The notes beneath the pieces were generated by a model, which was not told where the DNA came from, did not search any database, and was given only the letters and a program-made list of their open reading frames with translations. A program made the translations under genes and the position numbers. From Laetmonice hystrix (taxonomy: Eukaryota): DNA of 64,000 bases. The DNA lies in assembly GCA_965235115.1 (NCBI GenBank), contig OZ249436.1, positions 35,528,001 to 35,592,000 of the forward strand, given 5' to 3'. The stretch's first letter is position 1. Each line of letters starts with the position of its first letter. This document shows positions 40,120 to 52,560 of this stretch, in pieces.

Positions 40120-43119
40120 TGGTCTTACCCGCCACTCGCGTTCCCCGCGAGTGGCGAGTAGCGGTGTGACTGGCGATCGGCGAATGGCGGGTAATATGTC
40201 ACCTTATGGTCTTCATACTATACCAACAACATTGAGACGCAGCCGGGTCGCACCTGTAACAACGATGTGCCATCAGCAGGACCCGTGCCCGCATCGCAGC
40301 CACACCGCAGTTAATGGAAACGTAGCGGACAGTCCATACTCGCGGCTGAAACAACCAACCGTGTGTCGTGCCATGTAGCATAAACTTATCTTGTGGTATA
40401 GGCCTACACCTACCATGTTTCATAGCCATGATATTTATATTGAGGGTGAAACTTCGAAGCTATAGCCTACTACAACTACTAGTAGTAGTAGGCCTACTAG
40501 ATGTGACGACCTGACCGACACAGATCAGGACACACACAGACAATGTAAACTACAAAAACACATTGCCAATATCACTAACTCCGTATGCTATAGCTCTATG
40601 TTTTGTAGAGCCTATCTGTAAAACGTTCCTGTAAAAGCGTAAAAGGCAGGCGATGTGTTATGAACGCTGACAACGACAATGAGGGCGCTCGATGTTTTGA
40701 TGTCTCACCCCGCCCACCCCGCAGCCTCGCTGGACCCAATTAACCCCCCCCCCCCCCGCCCCGCCCCACCAGCCGTACACACCACAGTCTTGCTCCTCCC
40801 TCCCCGGCAGCGTGGTTAGCAAACACCCCCCCCCCTCCACCGTGATGAACGGGTCGCCCTCTGACTCGAGGCCAGTGCCCTTTGACACGTAAATCTAATC
40901 CCCACACGTAATTTGGTGGGCATACAACCATTACTTTGGGAGTTATGTATGGGATTAGGCCCAACTATAAATGAAAAGATACTTGCACGAATCTTAATTA
41001 TATTCAAACTTAGTATGGAATTCAATCCACTTGACCAGGGCGAGTTGACTTGGGATTTGGGTGCGAGTTGTCTAGCCCCCCCCCCCCCCCCCCCCAGCAG
41101 TAGTGATCGTGTACACATAGGCCCACCAGCGACAGAGCCATTTAGGGGGCAGTTATTCAATTCACTAAATTCGGGTCATTTTCCACTGCCCCTGCGGCCG
41201 ACTTCGATTGGGAACTCGAGGGTCCAGTAGGTGTTGCAGGGGCTGTGACGTCATCTAACACACTGGATAGTCGATTTGTACTCTAAATGAGGGCGGCGCC
41301 TTCCAGTGAGGGGAACCCCCTCTGAGGTGGGGTTTAACACATTCTGGCAAAGGCCAGCGGTAGCTTCACAAAACCTGACGAGAAGCAAGTCTTCAGGAAG
41401 GTAAGATTTATGATTTGCGGTGCCATTGCGTAGGCGAGGATCCCTAGAACCATCCAACGTGTAGAATACATTTCCCTTCGACTGTCGCAGTAGAGAGCAC
41501 AAGATTTTGCACTGTAAAAAGTTAGTGTTCAGAGTTTTGCCCACGTTGAACGCAACACTGCAGTGCAAAATCTTATGCTCTCTACTGCGACAGTGGAAGG
41601 GAAATGATATATATTCTAGACGTTAGCTGATTCTTAAACTCTTGCCTCTGCCAGAATACGTTATACAAACCACTTCCCTCACTGGAAGGCGTCTCCTCAT
41701 CTCGAGGGCAAATCGACTTACCACCGTGCAGTCGAGTTGTGCCTTTTCCGAGGTTAGCGATCCCCGTTACGTCCCTAGTTAGCGACTCGCGTTCAACTCT
41801 CGGTGTGCCAAGGGTCGAACTCGAGTTATCATGGCGGCCACAAACTCTGCAACCAGAGATTGTACACCTTTGCTGAAACTGCGTATTTGGTGGCCTAAAG
41901 GCCACGGTAGGCTACTGGCATGACTGAGAACAATTGGCAATTGGTTTCGAAGTGATGATCAAGACAAACCTTTCCATATTTAATTCTAACATTTTCCGGC
42001 CATAAAATATAATTTTGCATTTTACTTGGCCTAGGTCTACCTACTAGCCTACCATCCCTATTTTTAATGCATTCACCCCCCCCCCCCTCCATCTCAGTTG
42101 GACCCCCCTCCCCCCTCCCATCTCAGTTCTGCCTACACCCATACATGGGATAGGATCGGAAACGAAATAATCCCTCCCATGCAATGAAAGTGATTCAGAA
42201 ACCCCGCCATGATTCATTGGTTTGAGCGTGTTCGCCTGCAAACTCTACTCGAGCTGCGCACTGTGATGACGTCACAGCCCCTGCAACACCTGCTCGACCC
42301 TCGAGTTTCCAATCGAAGTCGGCCTGCATGTCGAGCCTGAGACGAGGCCACGGAAACCCCGCTGAAGCCCACCCACTGAAGCCCTACAAGGGCCAAGATC
42401 TCGTAATAGTTCGCTCGTAATTAGTTCGCTCATATCATGGCCGAATCGGGAATCCACGGCCATTTCTTCGAAAGTAGCCCCGGAAACTGCGCATGCCCGT
42501 CACACTGTGGGGACTACGACGCTACCGGTTAGGGATTGTGGGAAGTCAAATCGACTTCCAACAATGCACCGGTGCCATCGGAATCTGCATCATCAGATCA
42601 TACCCCGGCGAAGGGGCGTATCGAAGAGATAGAAATGCAGTGAAGCGGCACAAAATAGTCTAGCAAAGTAGTTTGCATTTGAACTGTTTCAACTCAAATT
42701 AGTTACATTTAAGTCTTTACGAACAATCAAATGAAGTGATAAACAACCTCTGATAATGTAAGAAATGTTTGATTATAATTATTTTGCGAGTAGTAATCTC
42801 TGAGACTCTGAGACTAGTCCCGGCCTGTCCCACAAGACACAACCTGAAGAGGTTGGTTCAAGCCAAAGCGACCTCTGGTGGAAGATTGGTAGCCTCGGGT
42901 GAATTCAGCGCCATTTTGAGCATTGCATCGCGGGTACGTTGAGCCGGGACTCTGGCCATCATGGCAGTGCTTGCAGTATTTTGTCTGCATCAGACATAGA
43001 AGCAACTAAAATAGGCCTCTAGCGCTCCTCCCAAAGCCAGTGGGCAATATTACGATATTCATGATACAAGTAGTTCTACCATGATTGTATCGTGTTGTTG
43101 TCGTTCATGGGTGCGGCCA

Positions 43120-43452
43120 GCGAATTTTTTTTTCCCACATTAGTTCCGGACCCCCCATTATCATACAGCCAATCAGAAACAGGCACACATATGGCTATGG
43201 AATATCGGCGACGACATGCGAGATGCGAGGCAGTGTGTTTGGGTTAGGGTAAAGGTTAGGCCTAGGGTTAGTGTTAGTTTTCATAGCCCAAAATTAATGT
43301 TAAATAGGCACTAATTGATGAGCAGTGGATGTGTCAATAAGAAACATTCACTGACACTGTTCGGTCCCATATCGCGAGCGATAGAGTCTGGCGTTCACTG
43401 ATTGGCTGAAGCTAGAATGGGGTCCGGAACTAATGTGGGAAAAAAAATTCGC
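43120..43452. mobile_element. MULE-like MITE with 9-bp TSD
   Basis: TSD gtgcggcca at 43111-43119 and 43453-43461; TIR gcgaatttttttttcccacattagttccggacccc; internal gggtta repeats. Confidence 0.85.
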
Positions 43453-45490
43453 GTGCGGCCATACTGCTTCCCATAATTTGATAAATTACCTTCACGCCGA
43501 TTTAAATAAATTAGGTGATTAATTTTTTTCTTCTTTAAACGTTTCCCTTCATACTAGAAATTTGTATTTTGCACGTACGACGCCGAAGGAGTAGGTTTCA
43601 ATAATGCACTACTTCCTGGCTCGATTGGATATGACGGTTCACTCACTACCTCGCTACATAGGTCCATTTTGTCATATATCTGGTTGCCACAATGGCACTC
43701 AAATCACCCGACGGTATTTTGCAATAGCAGGAAGTGACGTCAAATGCCCGAGAGAATCTCGAATGATCATAGTCATTCACTATAGGCAAATATTATTAGT
43801 ATTGTCCAGGGGGGCAACTGCCCCCATTGCCCCCCCCCCCCTGCGGACGCCCATGGACCATAGCACCTGAAGCATTAGCCTGGTCCACTGGAGCTTGGCA
43901 ATATGGCTGGTTGAAGACGTACGCATATGGTGTGCCAGTATTGTACAAAATTCGGGACATTCGCGTACCTGAAACCTCTCTAACTTTCAAATCAAGGCGA
44001 TAATTAAGTACATATACCACCAACTGACCCTCTACGATGGCTGAAACTAGGGCCGCAAAAAAAAGACCGGATCTGTGAGGTGACTTTAAAATTGTATCGT
44101 TTTATTTTGTTTGCGGGTCCAAATAGCAAGTTCTCTTTTGTCAGTGTTTAGGACCATGCAGTTTGTTACGGGTGCACACGTGACTTCACCTTTCTGTAAA
44201 CAGATGACCGAGCTTGTTCGATATCTTTGATTTCTATAGACCGCCTCCATACACAGCAGCGTCACCGAAACACAATTGAATTTCTGATCCCTCTATCTCG
44301 TTAATGAAGAAAATTGCATGGGTATAGTACAGAGCCTTGGGGACACCTACATGTACAGGATATAATACTGACATTTGGTTATTGAGTAAAGGTACGGTGT
44401 CTCCTATTACACTAGTAGCTGGTTATAAAAAAATAATTTGACGTATCGATTTTTACATCCACGAGGTACCTCGTGATTACGACAATGTCTGCCATGACTC
44501 TGCAAAATGGAAGCACGTGACGACGGTTGGTTTCTTCAGCAACTGCCTGGATCGTAAGGCTCCTACTGTGGGCATGGTTAGGACGAACCTTGACGACAAC
44601 CGACAGCTGCTACATTTTCCTGCAGGTAGGTAGAGTCATAACTATACCTACCGTTCTTATCTACCGTTCTTAACCAGCCAATGTCATCATACCGCGCTCT
44701 ACTATATGGGGATTAGTTAGATAAGACAGAAAAAAAGGACGCAACTTGAACCACAGCATACTGAACCCAGTAACCACTATAAGGGATTATGTTAGACTTT
44801 AGACCTTATTTCGAACACGATGTCGAGGCCTAAACATCTCATAGCTTCGGACGTACACCTGTACACATCATGCATGGTATTTGCATATGCAGTTCAGTGG
44901 TTTAATGGCCTAATTGTATGACATAACAGATTTTGGTATAACCCCCCCCCCCCCCCCCCCAAATAATCCTAACCGAGCTAGGGTACACAACGAGCAAGGC
45001 CTCCGATTCCTGGTCGATGCCCTTATCTGTATTTATCTTTTATTATCAGTCACAAGCTACACATTGACATTGAAGAACACAACTTTAATTTGTTCACATA
45101 CGCAGGGTCCCACAATACATTACAATAATTAAGAGTTTAATCATCGCGATGTGTATGATGACACGCCATCAAAGTTCGAGGGTCCTAAAATATATTCACT
45201 GAATGTAGGGCCATACATTAATTTAAGTGCGTTTCTGTTAATTGATAGGTTTAAACATATAGTTGCAAACTTGCCATCATGTCAAACTCTTTCTCCTTAT
45301 TGTTATCTCTTTTATCAACTATTTTCTCTTTAACCAAACCATGGAGGACTCGTATAGGGAGTATACCGAGTCAGAGACCGATATCAGCATTTATTTCAGA
45401 CCTATAACCGTCCTGAATCCATCATAAATATAAGTGTGTCATTTCAGCTGAATCTTCTCCAAACAGCATACCTTCTGGAGGACAGACACA

Positions 45491-46145
45491 ATGGAGGACA
45501 ACCAGAACGATTCCGATACAATGGAGGACAACCAGAACGATTCCGATACAATGGAGGACAACCAGAACGATTCCGATACAACGGAGGACAACCAGAACGA
45601 TTCCGATGTACCTCTGCTGCAGGATGAACACCATAACGACCCAGAGGTGCCCAGCGTCGCCGGGAGGTCGAGTATCTGTTCCGGAGCCACACATCGGCTC
45701 TCCATTTGTCGCTGGATGAGGAGGGAAATTGTCATTGAGCCTCTAATAATCCTTTACGTCGTTGCTGAGTTTCCTCTTGTAACAGTTCGGAGTCAGTTCA
45801 TGTACCAAAAGGTTGCCGAGACGATGGGCATTAATATTACGGTAAATGGTGACAACAACGGAAGCAAGTGTGCCGTCAACATAACCGACCCTCACTACCT
45901 GGAGCGCGAGCGGGTGCAGGCTGAGACTGCCAACTGGAACATGTACGTGGCATTGGTGAACTTCCTGCCAGGGTTCATCACCACCATGCTCTACGGAATT
46001 TACAGCGACAGGATTGGCCGGCGTCTCACCTTCATTCTGCCTCCCATCGGATCCATGTGCTCCACACTGGTCGATATGGCCGTCATCTACTTTGACCTTC
46101 CAATCACATTTGTCCTCTTGGAGGCCGTTGAATATTTCTTTGGGG
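45491..46145 (+). CDS. SLC46 family (proton-coupled folate transporter / SLC46A3-like) MFS transporter, coding exon 1 of 5
   Basis: IEPLIILY...VQAETANWNMY...GIYSDRIGRR (MFS motif A); donor G|gtaatg, phase 1. Gene model: 45491-46145, 46372-46986, 47269-47352, 47461-47617, 48258-48327. Confidence 0.88.
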
Positions 46146-46371
46146 GTAATGAGTTAAATCAGTTATCCCTCAAATTAAAATGGAATTTAGCAAAGAAAAA
46201 ACTGAGACAGCATACATAGTCCTTCTTCCACTTTCGTAACCTTTGATATCATATTGGTTTAAAACGTCGGAACGAATAAAATATCTGAGGATGGGTGCCA
46301 ATAGCTCTTGATATTTCACTGGTACAGGGCCTTTAGGCAGTTTGTTGTTTACAACTGATCCCAAATTTCAG

Positions 46372-46986
46372 GTATGCATACAATGTCTCTTGGAGCGTTT
46401 GCTTACATTGCGGATGTCAAAGAGCCAAATGATCGAGGTTTCAGAATGGCCATCATCGACATCGTCATTGTCACAGCTCATGGTATCTCCGATCTGTTCG
46501 TCGGATACTGGATAAAGGCGCAAGGATTCTTTTGGCCGTTAGTTTTTGTCCTCGGTGGAAAGTTTCTGACACTTCTTTACGCCATCTTCTGCATTCCAGA
46601 AAGCCGGAGTCCGGAGCCAGGAAGCTCTAAAAAATTAAGCTGGAAACATTTGAAACATAGTTTTATGTTGTATCTTAAAGATGATGGGACTTCGAGAAGG
46701 TGGCGCTTGAACATACTCCTCATGTCCTTTGTGGTAGCTGAAATACTCACAGGTCGCAGAATTATGACATTGTACGAATTGAACGCCCCGCTGTGCTGGA
46801 ACTCGGTCACCATTGGATACTTTGGATTAGTCGGAACTCTCATTAAATGCATCTCGACGATTGTAGCTGCTGGCGTCTTAAAACGATGGTTCTCAGACGA
46901 AACCTTAACACTCTCCGCAAGGATTGCAACTGTGGCGGAGAACCTCTATTTGATGTTGGCCACGACGACATTAATGATGTTTTTCG
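46372..46986 (+). CDS. SLC46-like transporter exon 2
   Basis: tttcag|GT; GAFAYIADV...RGFRMAII...IPES...LYELNAPLCWNSVTIGY (SLC46-typical); donor G|gtaagg. Confidence 0.9.
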
Positions 46987-47268
46987 GTAAGGAAAATCTC
47001 TCAATAAGTCTGAATGGGTCATCTGATTTTGGCGCTTGTTCAGGGCGTAGAATGAATAACCAGATCTGTTGGTCACAAGATTGTTATACAGTGTTAAATC
47101 TCTATTTACATGTACTGGTAGTTACTTCTACATTAAAGAATCTAATAGACATACAAATGATTTTAAGTTGACTGATATGACCATTTGAATATGTTTTATG
47201 CTGGCTCGATGGTCTCAATTGGTTGTGCTACTCTGTATGTATGCCTAAAGGCGCTTTTCCTATTTAAG

Positions 47269-47352
47269 CTCCTGCTATAGGCGCTATAAGCTTCTTATCG
47301 GTTCCTTTGACACGTGCCATAATGTCAAAGTTGGTCAGCCTTGATGAACAAG
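47269..47352 (+). CDS. SLC46-like transporter exon 3
   Basis: (A)PAIGAISFLSVPLTRAIMSKLVSLDEQ(G); ag/gt boundaries, phase 1/1. Confidence 0.88.
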
Positions 47353-47460
47353 GTAATCATCTCTGTCCTTATTAACATAGCCTTATAACTGTAACTTTAT
47401 TTTTTTAATTAATTAACCGATGTACCAGCAAATCTTAATTGTGTTTGTCTTATTCTAAAG

Positions 47461-47617
47461 GTGCTTTATTCGGAGTTATGACATGCGCCAACAACGCTGC
47501 GACTCTGGTGAGCAGTTTGGCAGTCAACCAGCTCTACAGCGCCACCCTGCTTGTCATGCGTGGGTTCATCTTCATGACGGGTGCGATATGTGGCACCATC
47601 AGTGTAGGCCTTCTCAT
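47461..47617 (+). CDS. SLC46-like transporter exon 4
   Basis: GALFGVMTCANNAATLVSSLAVNQLYSATL...GFIF; donor AT|gtaagt, phase 2. Confidence 0.88.
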
Positions 47618-47651
47618 GTAAGTTCCCTGGCTGACCATCGATGTCAGCATT

Positions 47652-48079
47652 TAGCCTGGTGCCCTGTGCCTACCATACGCATCCGCTATGTTAGGCCAGG
47701 TGATGGCTAACAGAAAGCTGCGAAACGGAAGTGATTAAACTCCAAGCACTTCCGCTTCCGTTCCGTTGGTCAGCGTTAACAGAGTGACCGACTTTTGCTT
47801 GGAGCGTGGCCGGGAGTGGCCAACATGCCTATGCGTATGCAAACCGTAGCAGGTGTGGGGACGGATGACGCTACGTTTACATCCAGAAAAGCGAGGACAT
47901 TTAACACTTGTATTTTAAAAGGATTGACGAAAATATCTGTATCTTGATGGAGAAATACGGAGGGTACGGAACTACCTCGTTTGCGTCCATGTTTTCGATG
48001 GGCCAATCACAACGCTCGCTTCGATTGGCCTTCACCAGGCTCAATATACGTAGTCAATATAGAGCTGGGGACCAGGCCA
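47652..48079. mobile_element. Non-autonomous TIR element with 10-bp TSD in SLC46 intron 4 (AcademH-like)
   Basis: Ends tagcctggt... / ...accaggcca; TSD tgtcagcatt at 47642-47651 and 48080-48089. Confidence 0.7.
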
Positions 48080-48257
48080 TGTCAGCATTAATCTGACAGA
48101 GAAAGCACTTTCAGTCATCAGTAATAGACCTACCAGCGTAGATAGTTTCTCATGGTGACAGCGTGGTGAGGTAGGGATCATGCGGTACATGTACAAAATG
48201 TGCATGAATGAAGTTAATCTTCCTTCAGAGGTTAAAACTGTTCTCTGTTTTTTTCAG

Positions 48258-48327
48258 ATTATATATCTGGAAGACGCGCTCGGGGGAAAAAACGCACTCT
48301 CCGCAACAGAAAAGCTTTCAACGATAA
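48258..48327 (+). CDS. SLC46-like transporter exon 5 (last coding exon)
   Basis: Strong acceptor ttttttcag; phase-2 join gives (I)LYIWKTRSGEKTHSPQQKSFQR then TAA at 48325-48327. Confidence 0.7.
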
Positions 48328-48442
48328 CTGTGGTCCTGTCCATACAAAAACATGAAAGAATACGTGTCCATGCACTTGTATACGGTATCAATGAGTTATT
48401 ATGTGAAAACATAGAATACGGTCGCAGTGTCGTACACACAGT

Positions 48443-48541
48443 GTTCTTTTTCTTCTTTCTTTTTTTTTTTTCTTTCTTTCTTTTCTTCCTTTCTTTCTTT
48501 CTTTCTTTCTTTCTATCTTTCTTTCTCTCTTTCTTTCTTTC
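48443..48541. repeat. (TTTC)n / T-rich microsatellite downstream of the SLC46 stop codon
   Basis: Directly visible. Confidence 0.9.
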
Positions 48542-48953
48542 GTTTAGACGACGGAACATTTTAACAAATGGGATTCTATTATATTATACCTGTTTGCTTA
48601 TAAATTATCAGCCAGTGTGAATTCTGACAGCATATTGTAACGGTCAAGACCTGGCATCTATTTTTAGGCATTACATCTTCCGTCCATCATGGCAGAGTTA
48701 TTTATAGAAGATGACGTCCTTCCACCTTGATTCATCTTTTTGCATATTACAGGACAGTGGTCTAAATAGGCCTACTGTGGGTATTATTGTGGTTTATTCG
48801 TTCGGTTATAGTTTTACACAGTGTTGAGTAGATATAAATGCGTTGTGGTGACAGCCACGGTTATACACTGGGTGCGTCCCAGATTTTGAACCCGTGCACT
48901 TGATTTGTGTACTACGATGTATGTTCAGGGAACGGCTTCTAAGAACCGTTATA

Positions 48954-49325
48954 GGGAGCGTAAGTCTCGCGACCGAAAACGAGGTTCGGTCTAACTGGGT
49001 CAGACCGCTGGCGACAGGCAACTTCCGTTACGTCGTTTAACATAGGGCGAGCGTACACCTCTCCAAACATCGGCCTTTCTTTTGACAATTAAATATTTCT
49101 TAAGTATGAAATGTATTTTTTCTGACATAAGACATGTTGTTTCTGATGTATGGTCAGTTTGATAACAAAGAGAACAGTAATTTTGGAGTTATCAGTTAGA
49201 ACGTTTTTTCAATGGGCCTCCCAATGCTAAATGAACGGAACCGGAATTTGGCTGGCGCCAGTTTGGGCCTCCAAACCGCATTTCTCGTCGAGTCACGCAT
49301 TGTGACGTGACATACTTACGCTCCC
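48954..49325. mobile_element. MITE with TIR gggagcgtaagt, TA-flanked
   Basis: ta-gggagcgtaagt ... acttacgctccc-ta. Confidence 0.7.
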
Positions 49326-49454
49326 TATACGATTTGTATACTCTTTGACTGACTAATTAAACGTGTAAACTGCACCACTCTTTGAGTCCTCAGTTTTCTA
49401 TAGTGTTAATGCCATCCAGTGATCGGTCCCCCGCTGCCCGTCCCCCACGCATAA

Positions 49455-49665
49455 AGCCGCTTTCACATGCACACGGTTTGCGGCGTGCGGCGTGCGGTGT
49501 GCGCTTTTGCAGAAATGGAACAACTGAAAATAGATATAACCGTTCGCATGCCCCCGGTTTGCGGTGTGCGGCGATTTACATTGGCTACATTATTAACAGA
49601 AACGCACGCCGCACGCCTCACGCCGCACGCCGCACACCGCACACCGTATGCATGTGAAAGCGGCT
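49455..49665. mobile_element. PIF/Harbinger-type MITE (TAA TSD)
   Basis: taa|agccgctttcacatgc ... gcatgtgaaagcggct|taa; internal tgcggcg / cgccgca repeats. Confidence 0.85.
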
Positions 49666-50152
49666 TAACGAAGTACTATTTGAACACAACGGAGAAGTAC
49701 GAGATGACATGTATGCAATGGCCGTTTGTTGTCCACCAAACACCAAAGAACTTGCAACATTCTGACAGAAAGAGACTAAAGGTAGGGTACTTTATGTGTC
49801 GCGAGCGAGGACCAGAAACGACACCTTGATACCATGATAAAATGATACCATGCACAGACACACAGGTCTGGTATCATCCCGCTAGACTTCCACCCGCTAG
49901 CCCCCCGTTTAGCGGGCGGGGGGCTAGCGGGGGTATAAACCGTAGGTCTATATAATGCAGGCCTATATATAGGCGCATTACTCAGTCAGTCGCGGCAAAT
50001 ATACGTACCCTTTTGGATGGTCAGTCAGAATGAGGCAGGAGAACTAAAAGCGCCGCGTCAACCTATAATAGACCTGAGAGCCTTTCCAGGAGCTGTTTGT
50101 TTATATAAGAAATCTTGGCTGAGTTAACCGGCCAACACTGACGGCGATCAAC

Positions 50153-50226
50153 ATGTTGCTGTTGGGCATTGTGGAAATCCCGCTATGGGTCATCCTGGGA
50201 TGCCTCGCCATTACGATATTCATCGT
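50153..50226 (+). CDS. Cytochrome P450, clan 3 (CYP3A-like), exon 1 of 14 (membrane anchor)
   Basis: MLLLGIVEIPLWVILGCLAITIFI(V); donor GT|gtaagt (phase 2) fits exon 2 at 58284; TATA-like words at ~50064 and ~50102. Confidence 0.8.
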
Positions 50227-52560
50227 GTAAGTAGAGCACTGACCTATAAACTTTACATTCTCCTAGCCTTGTATGGCGAGCCTTGTATACCCGATCAGTA
50301 GGTCAATATATCTATTACTTGGAGAGTGAATATACACATATATCGCGTATATACGGAACACTGCTCAGGGCTGTCCATTTGTCGCTATGTCGCATATTGG
50401 AGCGACAACAACAACGCAAATGCGACAAGGAAAAAACTGAGCGACAGATTGATTTGGGAACCAGGCCTAGGTGACGCATTTGATTTGGTGGTCCTCCAGT
50501 GACCCATGAAAGTCAAAGCATTGGTGTAACCATGCATTTAATCTCTCATGAGTAAGCGTGGCGGAGACAGTACCTTTTGGGGGAAAAGTTTGGCAGATTT
50601 GACTTTAATTTAAAAAGATTATACTCGGCCGTCGGTTTCCCAACACCTCTGCCGCCTACTATCATCCTCTTTCTTGTAAAATAGTTGCTAAAATGGGCGT
50701 ATTTTGGTTAAGGTTAAGGTTTTGGTTAAGGGGGCAGAGGCAGGATTTGCTCGAAAGTTCTCTGTCAGATTTTTTTTCTGTTTGCTTTCCCTGAATTTTC
50801 GCTATTGTTTCCCCCTAACTGGGGAAAGGACTCCCCCTGCCCCCTGCCCCCCTGCCCCCCTCCCGACTCGTACGCTTGGCTTCTATTTTGCTGGGGTTGA
50901 TAATTCTGGTGCGCAGATTTGGATGTGCTGCGCACCAAGCAGCCGCAACTTTGGACAGCCCTGCTGCTTCATGCTATAGCTGCTTCGATTTGCTTCGAGT
51001 TCAAATACAGTCAATCCTCATTACAATGTAGGCCTATCCCTCCGACACCTTGAAATAAAGCCGAAAAATGTTGTCTCTCGCCTAATTTTTCTCCGGAGAC
51101 GGGCGAGCAAGGGAGTTTTTAGAAATAGTTTCAGAAGAGAAGAGGGTGATTCATCACAGATATAGAGTCTATGTGATATCTTCCCAATGGGCCACCGATT
51201 ACCCACCAAAAGTTGGGCCTCCTTCTAAAATTTGTTTTCCATCATGCTTGAAAAGGCCTAGTGGTGTTTTTTAGGGGTTTTTGATTAAATGGACCATTAG
51301 TTCTCTATATCATTGGTCACATCTGAGTGGTTCAACCACCAAACTGAAGCATGATGAGTTACTCTTTCGCGATAAGTATAGCTTTGCTTATTTTACAAAA
51401 TTTCTATTCAATGGACTATTTCTGAGCGTATATTTTTTTGAGTCTGTCGTGTGCAAGTGTTCTTCGGGCTTGTGCGATTGTGACTGAAGCCAGTTTGGAA
51501 TAATTTGTACTTTATAGGGCCTTTATATCTGCACACTGCAGTAGTCCTAGGCCTATACGGAACCCTGCCCCGACGGAAGAGTAGTATGATGCCCGGACGG
51601 ATTCGTATTTTGTTTGGACGAATTCTTTTTTGTTTTTTCTTTCGTTTGTCTGTTCACAAGGTGCCAGGTGCCAGGTGAACATATATGCCTAGGACCACCC
51701 CGGATTTTACCAAATGTGTGAATGTACGTGCAACCCGTTGGTTCAAATGTCTGCTAAAGGACAGTGATACCATACAGAACCGAAAGGGTTTGAGACACAA
51801 GGACACGGAACTTTTAACAAGCAGCAAATCGGTTTTTGCGCAAAGTTTTCTTCGTGCGGCGTGCTACTGCTGCATTATCGTCCAGTGGCTATCTCAAGCC
51901 CAAGCTATTCCCCTGCACTCGGTCAGCATAGCGGTGCAGCGGCCACGGACCGGTGACTATGGAGAACAGCACACGGGCCAAGCTAACGACCACCTCACTC
52001 AATCAACCACGGAGTCACCGAATTGAAAATGGAGCATGTGAAGACTTTTCCGACTCAGTGAACGAACTAAATTCAGACAGGGCCGGTATTGAGCGATCGG
52101 CGGTGTCTGAAATCCTCGATCATATACCGAGAGATACAGACTCGGGAAACCTGGACCTCTCATCACAACTGCTAGGCCTACCTACATTGGCCACGGTAAC
52201 GGCACCGAATGGGCAACAGAAAGGCAAGAAGAGAGGCAAGAGCAAAGACATGTTGTTTCCCCAATCCGCTTTCTGTGTTAAAAACTGCAAGCATAAGACT
52301 AAACAACACGATTTCGACATGGTACAGTGTCACCTGTGTCAAACATGGTGTCACTACGACTGCATAGGAGCGGACCCAGAAGACATCATCGGATTATGGA
52401 GCTGTCTGAGCTGCAGACAGCTTCCTAGTCTCATGCAGACGCTATGCGATAACATGGTGGAACTGAAGCGTCTGGTTGTTAATATGAAGTCCGACCAAGA
52501 TGCTACTAAGGAAGCCCTTCAGGAAATTAAAGAAGAATGCAACAAGATTCGAAAATAAGG

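Noticed and set aside
41370..41405. Hammerhead-like CTGACGA followed by a gaag/cttc stem
   Set aside because: The stem is followed by AGGAA rather than GAAA, and stems I and III cannot be formed convincingly.
48180..48620. Phe-rich and Lys/Arg-rich ORFs on the two strands
   Set aside because: Artefacts of the (TTTC)n microsatellite.
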